A DNA stretch of 64,000 nucleotides, taken from contig CT867986.1 in NCBI GenBank assembly GCA_000165425.1, positions 1 to 64,000 of the forward strand, written 5' to 3'. The translations under genes and the position numbers were made by a program. The stretch comes from Paramecium tetraurelia. Taxonomy: Eukaryota. Under the pieces are notes generated by a model. That model saw only the letters and a list, made by a program, of their open reading frames with translations, was not told where the DNA came from and searched no databases. Shown here piece by piece: positions 54,292 to 64,000 of the stretch. Each line of letters begins with the position of its first letter. The first letter of the stretch is position 1.

Positions 54292-56369
54292 TCACTACCT
54301 GGTCATACCTTCTTACTTTTTCTTGTTTCCACCCAATTTATTTTACTCATGGATATATCTACTATCTATTTTCAATATATTGGCACAATAATCAGGCAAC
54401 TAGTCAAAAACGTTCTTCTGTAACAAGATTTCCTTTTATTAAAATATAAATTATACTTTTCCTGCATTTTTACCAGCTCCATCATGAATGCTAATACCAC
54501 AATGAAATGTTTCCTGCATTTACTTAACCACATATGCAAAACTATAAATGTCTTCGATCTTCCCTTAATGATCAAATCCAAAATATTCCAAACCTACAAC
54601 TCTATTTATTTATTGATTGTGTTATTTCTCAGCTATCAATTGTAACCCCTTGAATTCACCTTATTTAACTTCACTTTAGTTTAATCTCAAATTTTTAATT
54701 CTGTAACTCCTCTACATAAGTTCTTCAATTCTCTTGTGTAGTCTTTCTAAAGTAATCTAATTTTATGGTTATTTTTTTTTCTATTCCTTCTCCTTCTCTT
54801 TTTCCTTTTCTTTCTCCTTATCTTTCTCCTTATCTTATTCTTCTTATTCATCCTCACTTTCAGATTAATGTTCTTTTATTCCTAATTCATTAACCAAATC
54901 TTCTGTTAACACTATCATCTTTTTCTCCTATTTCAAATTCTTCTTTATGTATTAGTTCAATTGTGATATGTATTATTCTCTTGTTAATGGTTCAACTTTT
55001 TAATTGTCTTCCCCTTCCTTAGCGAATAGTTTCACCAAAGGACCAACTGGTAAAAAGAGATCAGTGACCTCGATATTCTATTTGTACTAAGCAACCTGAT
55101 TCTTTTCTTCCTTCTCTTCATCACCTTTCTTTGCTGCCGTTAATACGGTTGGTTCCCAATCAGTAATTTATTCATGTTATCTATCAATTTTAGTTATTGA
55201 AGGTTATCCTCCCTTTTTGACTTCCTTGTATTCAATCAAACCCTCCTTTTACATTGTCTACAAAAATCTATCAAAATATACATAAGAATTTACTTTCCGA
55301 TCTTTTAATATGATGAATTCTTTAGATCTAATTCAATTCCTGGTTTCTTAAATGCAAGCATATACTTTTCATAGAATACTTATCCTTCTAATGGCAATTA
55401 TTTATCATTAATTCCGATTTTACAAGCATTTAAAAATGATTCCTTTATGTATTCATCCATTACTTTTGTTGGAACACCTCCAACTTATTGTTATTGTTAC
55501 TATTTCTATTATTATTACTTATTTTAAGCACCACCTTTTTTGTGTTTATTATCATCATCACTATCATCCGAGAATTATTATTTAACTTATTATTATTGCT
55601 ATTACTGTTATTATTAAACTGGCTTAGCTTTGGCCGCCTTTTTCTATTCTTTTTTAGCTGCTGGTTTCTTAGCTCCAGGTGCAATCATATTCAAATCAAT
55701 ATCATCATCTGAGTATTCCTCATAGTTTTATGTTTTCATTTCTTAGACTTCATCAAAGTTTTCAGGTTCAATTGGTTAACCCAATTCATTTGGACCATGC
55801 TCCCATAATTTATCCCCTTGTTTATGCAAAATATATCCAGCTATTCCCTTCTCCTATTCTTTCTTTAAATCTATTGAATCACAACCAATTGGCTATAATT
55901 GCCAATAATCTAGATATTCTATTGTAATTACTTTTTTTCATGATTTACCAACTTCTTAATAGCATCCTTCTTGAATTCTCCCAATTTCTCTTAATTACTT
56001 ATTTAAGTCCATAAAACCTTTCCTGCCTTGAGTACTGCTGCTTCATCAATACCATCTTTTAATATCAAAGTACCAATTAATCTTGGATACTCAGCAACAA
56101 CAAACACTAATGAATATCTCAATAAATATTTACATGATGGAACATAATCCTCCTTCCCTGTACCATCAACAAAGGCAGGATATTCATCTGTATGATAAAT
56201 TATCATCTTTGATCCAATTCAGCTTCTCTTGCATACACGAATCAGAATCCTCAAAGATCTTTTTGACTGTTAGTGCATCGAATTATTTCCTAAGTGTAGT
56301 CTCAAAGTTATCCTTGTCCTTTCCCTTTAAAAGAACAGATCCCTAAATTTTAATTGTTTTGCCAAACAT
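54292..56369 (-). CDS. eIF2D/ligatin (Tma64)-like translation factor (pre-PUA, PUA, WH, SUI1)
   Basis: N-terminal MFGKTIKIQGSVLLKGKDKDNF resembles eIF2D; GYILHKQGDKLWE (PUA end); LDLKNSSYQKIGK (WH); C-terminal SUI1-like QETFHCGISIHDG; apparent +1 frameshift near 56215. Confidence 0.75.
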
Positions 56370-56390
56370 TAAATTTCTTTAATTAAAACA

Positions 56391-57838
56391 ATGGGATGTT
56401 GTCTCATTAAAAAAAAGAAGTCCCTAAAAACATATGGATATACTCTAAATAATTAGGTTGAAGAAAACAAACAAGACATTAAACAATCCTTTATTCAAGA
56501 TATTTAAGTTATAATATTGAATCATTCAGAAGATGAGTAAGATAAAGATTCCCTCCATTCAAATTTAGAGTATATAAGTCATTATTTTTAGCGCTGACAG
56601 CTGGGTATAAGGGGAAGTTCTTGGATAAGGTGCATTTGGAAAAGTAGTAATGGGACTTCAAAAGAATGGTTAAATTATGGCAGTCAAATAGGTTTTCATA
56701 CAGAATTTTAATGACCAAGTAAGAGTCACTTGCCTATTTTATAGAGAGTTATATAGTTACAGAAGGAAATCTAAATGCTTAGCAAATTACAACATCCAAA
56801 CATAGTCAGATATTTAGGTTGTGAGCAAAAGAATTAATTTATTAATATTTTTCTTGAATATGTTAGTGGAGGTTCGGTGTAATCCATGCTTGAAAGGTTT
56901 GGTTGTTTTAAAGAAAGTCTAATTAAGACATATCTACGATAAATATTATTAGGTTTGAGTTATTTACATGCAAAAAATGTGATTCATCGAGATATTAAAG
57001 GAGGTAATATTTTGATTGACAATTCTGGGAAGTGCAAATTGGCTGGTAAAATAAGGTGTAATTCTTTATAGACTTTGGAAGCAGTAAATAATTGAGTGAT
57101 TTTGCTCATGATACTCTTGGTTCTATCTGTGGAACTCCCAATTACATGGCTCCTGAAGTTATCAATTAAGAATAATATGGAAAAAAGGCAGATATTTGGA
57201 GTTTAGGATGTACCATTATTGAAATGGCCACAGGTCTACCTCCATTCTCAGAATTAAAGGATGCGATTGCAATCATGGTCAGAATTGGAAAATCAACTAA
57301 ACCTCCTTCTATTCCTCCATAGTTGATATCGGCTGAATCTAGGCACTTTGTATCACTTTGTTTATAAATTGATCCCAAAAAAAGGGCGACAGTCGATGAA
57401 TTACTCAATCATCCTTTTTTGAGAAAGTCCTAAATTAATACTATTTCCAAGAATACATAAAAGATTCCCAAAAAAGAATCTACCATGATTAAGCACACTT
57501 TTTTATTAGACAATGAAGTCGAAGCTGATTAAATTGAGCCAAATTCTCCTTAATTTTAAGGATTATAAGGTAAATCCTTGTCTAAAACTAATTAAATTAG
57601 TGTCAAAAAAAAAGTTGAGCCTCCGAACTATAACTTAATTGTTGAACCCGATTTGAGCGATTAAATTGATTTAGAATAAAGATAATAGGAGATTACAAAC
57701 TGTGATAGCAATGGTTATATTAAATTCTCATAAGATGATAATTAAAAAAGTGTAAAAGCAAAGGAATCAAATTAAAACAAATAAAATTTGTAAAATGACT
57801 TAGATAATGTTTTAAATTAGTACTCATAATAGAAGTGA
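56391..57838 (+). CDS. STE11/MAP3K-like Ser/Thr kinase with N-terminal MGCC acylation motif
   Basis: [42 protein letters not shown] split by an intron, [26 protein letters not shown]. Confidence 0.92.
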
Positions 57839-58010
57839 TTCAATTGGACAATGTTTGATCAAATATAATTAAGAAAACAATAGATAATTCTTATTTTGAA
57901 ATAATTTCAACTATCTATAAATTTTTAATTGAATAATGAAAATTCATAAGAAATATTAAATAATAATGTATATGTGAAAAATGAATATATGTTTATGTCA
58001 TTTATTAATC

Positions 58011-58337
58011 TCACTTATAAAATGAATTATAGACTTAATCATTTTTATCATTAACTTTGGTCATATCATCTACAAATTATTTACGCACCTGAGTTCTAAA
58101 TTATGCATACTCAAATGAACAGCTATCAATACAATTATCAAATTATTCAATCATTTTTTCCCTTTTGTTTTCTTCAATTTCAAATAATGAATTAATATTA
58201 TAGTGATTTTTAATCTTTTATGAACATATTACAAAGCATTTTTTAGTCAAATTAAACAGTGAGCATTCTAAAGCTAATTAATCGACAATTTTATTTTATT
58301 GTTATTATGATTATGATTATGGTAAATTAAAATTCAT
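58011..58337 (-). CDS. Small Tim (Tim8/9/10/13-like) twin-CX3C protein
   Basis: 108 aa; KKCFVIC and NCIDSC motifs. Confidence 0.55.
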
Positions 58338-58340
58338 TTA

Positions 58341-58765
58341 TCAAAATTTAATACTTAAATTATTTATTCTGATTCTTTTCTTTATTAATATACCCCATTC
58401 TTTTTGTATATTAACAAAGAGTAAAAAGACTAATAAGTAACTACCTAAGAATCTATGAAAAGTATGATGGTTCAGAGAATCGAGTTATGATAATAAATCA
58501 TTATTCATTTTTTTTTATTTGTAATATCATTAATGAATTTTGCTGGCTCAAAAACTGGTACATGGCATTCCATTATTGGAGTTGGTGTACCTATGACTGT
58601 CATTGATTCTTTCCTATCCTGCGTAAATTGGGAGTCATTTTAAGATTGTTACCAAATCTTGTTCGGTTATTGCTTCTCAAGATTATTTTGCCTTTCTACT
58701 GAATCTTGTTTTCTGTTTACAGCCTTTTATTGAAACCTGTTGTTATTTATTCCGAAGTCATTCAT
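58341..58765 (-). CDS. Hypothetical protein
   Basis: MNDFGINNNRFQQKAVNRKQDSVERQ...; TGA-free under code 6; 3' end and intron uncertain. Confidence 0.4.
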
Positions 58766-58964
58766 TTATTTCAGTAGTTTATTTAAATTAAATATTAATT
58801 CTAAATTACCCTCCTTATAAAATGGATGGAATTACTATATGGAAGTTGGTTTTGGATGAATATGATAAATTGATTTGTATATTCTATGAAATACAATTTT
58901 TGCTCCAAAACATTTGATTATAAGCTTTATATGAAAGTATATATAAAATATTAAAAATTTAAAT

Positions 58965-61009
58965 ATGAAAATTAAGAAGAAGAATGAACAGTAGAGAGTT
59001 ACAGAATTAGGGGAACACATTTTGAAAACTTAAAATACTATGTTGGCTGCTAAAATCGATTAATTAAAGAAGGAGATTTAAAATATGAAATCTGTATACA
59101 ACAACCCAATATATCTAGTTTCTAGTTACCAGAATAGACAGAGCGAGAGCTAGTTTAATCGGAGGAACTGATTCATTATAAAAAACTGAGTAATTAACTG
59201 TCTCGAAGAATACGAATCATTATGGCTTATAATGAGGAGGCAATTCAAAAAAAAGTGGCTTAAGAAGATATCTAACAAGAGAAATTTGAATGTCTATGTG
59301 GTGCTAATTAGATTGATTCTATTAAATATTTACTTGTAAATGGTCATCAATAAATATTGTAATAATAATAATAAGAAATCCCACCACCAGAAGAAAATAA
59401 TTAATAAACTCAATCTAATCAAAAGTAAAAAATACTTAAATAATTAGAGATTATATAAAGAAATTGATCTAGGAATCTTCGGAAGAGAAGGCTCAATTGC
59501 TCCATTAGATTGAGGAGTTGAAATTGCAGTAGAAGTTGCCTGAAGAACAATTCTTTCAAACTCAATTATTTGCAGAATTAGTATAATAAAATAACTATTT
59601 AACAACTACGCTATTCAACATCGAGGAGTAATTGATATAGGTAATTGTTCTCATAATCGTAGGCTTAATTAATCAATAAAGAGTAACTTGAAAAAAACTA
59701 ACAGTAATTACAATAGTATCAATTGGAGTGCGAATAAAAAATAAAAGATTTATTTTCATAGCAAGATACTATAAAAATAGAGATCAAATAGAGTGATGAT
59801 TAGATACAGAATACTTTGATTGAAGAATTGAAATCTTAAGTAGAACATTCATCCAAAATGATTGAGGATCTAAAGATTGAATTGTAATAATGCAGAGAAC
59901 GTAATAAGGAAGCATAAAATCAATTGGTTGAATTAATTAATTTGAAACAGACATTATTGAATTAAAATAATGAATTGAAATAGTATATAAGTGTTCATAA
60001 GATACTATCTAAGGATGAGAAAATTGAATAAGTGACACTTAGATATGAAAAACATAAATAATTGTTGTATGAAATAGAATAAGAGTATGCAAATACTAAA
60101 TCTAGTGAATTCATTCAAAGATTTCGAGAATTTGTTGGGTATGTCAAGATGAGAGATGAAAAAGTGAAGGGATTGGAACAATAATTGGAGGCAAAGATAA
60201 ATGATTGTAATAATATAAAGAAGGTAAATATGTAGTATTATAAAATTTCAGTAAATACAACAATTGATTGACGAATTAGATTATAATTCAAATTCTTTTA
60301 ATTCTATTAATGAGACTAATAAGAATCTAAGCAAACTTGTAAATGAAACCCAAAAGAATTTGAGCAGAGCTATGTAAGAGAAGGTCGACGAACGTATAAA
60401 GTTCGAAACAGAAAGATAAGTATGATCATCAATCTATATATTAATAGTAATTTCAATAAAAATTACAAATTGCAGATGACACAATCAAATAATTACAATA
60501 ATAGAATGATTAACAAAAAAAACTATTAAATCTAGTTGAAAGTGAAAAAATGAGTTACAAAGAAACAATTAGAACGTTACAAAAGTCAGATGGTGAAAGC
60601 TAACAGAAATTGCTATAAAAAGAATGGGATATTAGTAAAATTTTAGAAGAAAGCAAAATTATATAGGAAAGAGAGAAATTGAGTGAGTCAATCAATGTAA
60701 AATTCATAAAAAAGGCAGAGAAGTCGAAAAGCAAACTAAAATATTTGAAGTTGTAAATGAAATTGTAATTATGATATTTTATATTATAGAGAATCTAAAG
60801 ATACTGATAATGAACTATTGACATCTTTAAAAATGATGGTTGATTGTCAATAATGTAAAAAAAGAGCAAAATAAGTTATTCTAATGAAATGCTTACATAT
60901 GTTCTGTAAACCTTGCATTGATGACAATCAAAAAAATCGTAATAGAGCATGTCCAGTGTGCAGAGCTAAGTATGGAATTGAAGAGGTGAAAGCTATAATA
61001 TTAAATTGA
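58965..61009 (+). CDS. BRE1: BRE1/RNF20-like coiled-coil RING E3 ligase
   Basis: Long coiled coil and terminal RING CQQCKKRAKQVILMKCLHMFCKPCIDDNQKNRNRACPVCRAKYGIEEVKAIILN*; start inferred; several introns. Confidence 0.75.
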
Positions 61010-61168
61010 GATAATAATATTTCATAAATCAATATAGATAATAATATTCATGATCCAATTTCTGATCATATCCATTTCTATTTTTGTAATTATAATTTAA
61101 TAATTAATTGAAATTTTACTAGTATATATCCAATTATTAGCAAAAAATAATTTCTTTTATAAAAATTA

Positions 61169-63188
61169 ATGTATATATTGTCTTTCCTGATTTTAGAAGT
61201 GCTCAGCTTTGCACAAGATAATACTTCAGTCTGCGTTCAAGAAATGAATAATTTACTATCCCTGCCAATTAACTAACAATTGCAACTCGTATTACCATAC
61301 TATTCAATCTCTGGAGACTGGATCGAGAAGTTTGGATATTATGACAGATGCTTAAGAGAAGATCAGACATACACTTCAGTCCAAATAGATTAAATCTTGT
61401 ACAAATTGAATTATGGATTCTGCCATTCTAACATTTGCTCTGCGCATGATTTTAATTCTCAAGATGCACAAATCATCATAAAGAACTTGCTTAACGTTAG
61501 TGGAATAGCCAATTTACTATAGGTATCAATTTGAAATTATAGTTAGATGAATTTAGAAACAACAACCTTAAGATTCTATAATCCCTTAACATATTATCCT
61601 CATCTTGGATTAGGAACATATGTTACATCAGCTATAATTATCATATTGATTATCATGGCTTCAATAGATCCTATATTGAGATTTATTAAGGCTTGCTAAA
61701 GTGCTCATACTCCTGATGATCGAGATGATGTTAAAGATGAATAAGCAAGTACTCCTGTTACTACTAAAAGTGAACCTTTGGAGAACTAAAACCTTATAGT
61801 TAAAGATTTCTCAATAATTCAAAATTATAAAAAGATTATGAATCTTAAGACAATTGATCCAAATTTGGCCATGTTCAATGGTATTAGAGCTATATCATTT
61901 ATGATGGTTGTATATGGACATGTGTGTGAAATGACAGCCACATCCACTTATATCTAAGAAGCGACCTTACAATACAAGAAATGGAGTATCATATTGCTAT
62001 ATGATATGATGTATGCAGTTGACATCTTCTTTTGGGTAGGGGGATTCTTCTTAGGCTATGTAATGTGTGATGATAAGAAAACATAATCTTTGTAGAAATA
62101 TCCATTTTCTATTTTTATTTCGGTAGTTCATAGATTAATGAGAATTTGGCCATGTTATCTTTTATGTATTGCAATTAATTCATACATAATTCCATACTTA
62201 GGAAGTGGACCTAGATGGTTTTTAGAGGAAGGAGCCACACAATGTCCAGGAGGGGCATGGAAGAATGCATTCTTTATTGATAACTTTTATGAAGATTGGC
62301 AACTTTGTTTTGGATGGGGATGGTATTTAACATGCGACTTTCAATTATTCTTAACATGCCTAATCCCAATAATGATTTATTGTCTAAATTATAAGACTGG
62401 ATCGAAAATCTTAATTTTGTTGATGATTTTAGGTAGTTTAGGATGGGGATACTATTTAAGTATCCATTATAATTTCTTGATTCCTGGTAAGAATACTTAT
62501 AATCCTAATTATTACTATAAGTATTATGTAAGCACATATGCAAGGGCACCTCCTTACTTTTTGGGGTTACTTCTAGGTATTTTTTATAGGGAGTTAAAAT
62601 AATCAAAGGGGAGTGGAAGTTTTAACATTCTCAATTATTGTAAATCCTTAATTTAAACGAGTGGAAGTAGAATATTATTCTAGATTGTATGTTATGGAAT
62701 AGGTTTTGGTTTGGTGCTCTTTTAATTTTTTGGATGGAAGAAAGAATTCAACAGTATGGAATTAATATGGCCTCAATGGTTTTAAAATTTCTATCACTCC
62801 ATAAGCAAATGTCTATTTACATTCGCCATGACTTTGATTACATTACCCAATTTAGTTGGTGCATATGATATGTATTGATATATTATTAAAGCATAGATTT
62901 AATCGCAAGTTTATGAATAACACTCTGTTTAAATTTATGGCTAAGATATCATTTTCAATGTATTTGGTTCATTTGATGATAATTGTAATAATTACTGAGA
63001 CCTTTTATGAAACTCCATCTTTTTTCTAGTTAGATTTAGTTACAGGATTTGTTTGTGCAGTGTTTCTCTCGGTGATATTTGGATTGATGCTCTCACTCTT
63101 AGTAGAACTACCATTTGGTAATCTTGATACTCGTTTGACTAAGCTATTATCAGTCTCACCTAAAAAGATAGAACCATTATTAAGTTGA
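61169..63188 (+). CDS. NRF-6-like acyltransferase-3 family membrane protein
   Basis: Signal peptide and Cys-containing N-domain; FNGIRAISFMMVVYGH, AVDIFFWVGGF, HRLMRIWP, WYLTCDFQLF, RAPPYFLG, ISFSMYLVH. Confidence 0.9.
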
Positions 63189-63313
63189 TGAATTTATAAA
63201 CATAAATAAATTTTATAGTATTTTACATTTTCTAATAAATTCTGATTATAAAAATTGATTTAAATTTAATTAACGCTATAAAGAATAGAAAATATCATTA
63301 TCAACAATCCCAG

Positions 63314-63990
63314 ATGAATACCAATTATGAACAACTCCTTGAAGAAACCAAATCAAAAGTATTAGGACTATCAGAGTTAACGCCAGAGAATCAATGGGTT
63401 CAGGATTCGGTTAAAGATGGTTGCACTATCCATACAAAGATGAATCCATTAAACGAGTTAAAAATCAACAGAATTGAAGCATAAGTTGATGTCGATCCAG
63501 AAGCCTTTATCAACTTGGTTACAAATATGACTAAAAAGAAGGAATATGATTCCAATTTCGAGGAGGTATTATATTGGAATATTCTTAAGGGAAGAGTTCT
63601 TGAGAAGCTCGATCAAAATACAACTATATATTATGCAAGAGGAAAACCACCTGTATTCATTGTCGATCCTAGAGACTTCTGTATTATTACAAGAAATTAT
63701 AAATTGGGCGATGGTCATTATTTGGCTATTTGTAAGTTATTAATTAATATCTTGTAGCAAAATCAATTGAACATCCTTAAGCACCCTTAGTCAAAGGAAT
63801 TTAAAGAGCCGAGATGATATTTGCTGGTTGGATAGTCAAAAAATTACCAAATGGAAAAACAAACATCATTATGATAGGCCACATGAATCCAAAAGGGGAT
63901 ATTCCTAAAGCCATTGTTAATTAAGGAGCAAAGTTTTAAGTTGAAGGTTTAAATAAGGCGTTGAACTATTTAAATAAAAATAAATAGTGA
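63314..63990 (+). CDS. START-domain lipid transfer protein
   Basis: KKEYDSNF, PVFIVDPRDFC, SIEHPQAPLVKGIQRAE, MNPKGDIPKAIVN; two short introns. Confidence 0.88.
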
Positions 63991-64000
63991 TTTATTTATA

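Noticed and set aside
55460..55712. Poly-Leu ORF (+) and poly-Asn ORF (-)
   Set aside because: Off-frame and antisense readings of the Gln-rich (TAA/CAA) linker of the eIF2D-like gene
1..64000. tRNA, rRNA or retained IES elements
   Set aside because: No cloverleaf or rRNA-like GC-rich segment seen; short interruptions are GT..AG introns rather than TA-bounded insertions. A covariance scan was not possible.

Overview
AT-rich, gene-dense eukaryotic DNA from a ciliate macronuclear chromosome, most likely Paramecium. Evidence: TAA/TAG read as Gln with TGA the only stop, 22-32 nt GT..AG introns, and mixed C4A2/C3A3 telomere-type repeats. The supplied standard-code ORF track is therefore fragmented, and I re-translated genes by hand with code 6; exon boundaries are approximate. 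The window opens with a 1.2-kb duplicate of 5962-7183, a 150-N gap and a degenerate telomeric tract that probably marks the true chromosome end. About 24 genes follow: an RPA1-like protein, a dual-specificity phosphatase, a secreted crystallin-like protein, Fused/STK36 kinase, a DWNN-RING-YTH fusion, a VWA protein, an EF-hand protein, a ~7,600-aa secreted protein with 34 LamG-like domains, LSM12-like, two RING-CH E3s, a UBR-box E3, a CNBD cation channel, two acid ceramidase/NAAA-like paralogs, eIF2D-like, a MAP3K-like kinase, a small Tim-like protein, BRE1-like, an NRF-6-like acyltransferase, a START protein and several hypotheticals. Most notable: (1) an RBBP6/Mpe1-like 3'-processing factor fused to a YTH m6A-reader domain; (2) the giant LamG-repeat secreted protein with higher-order repeat structure. 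Nine net +1 frameshifts in four genes look like assembly errors.
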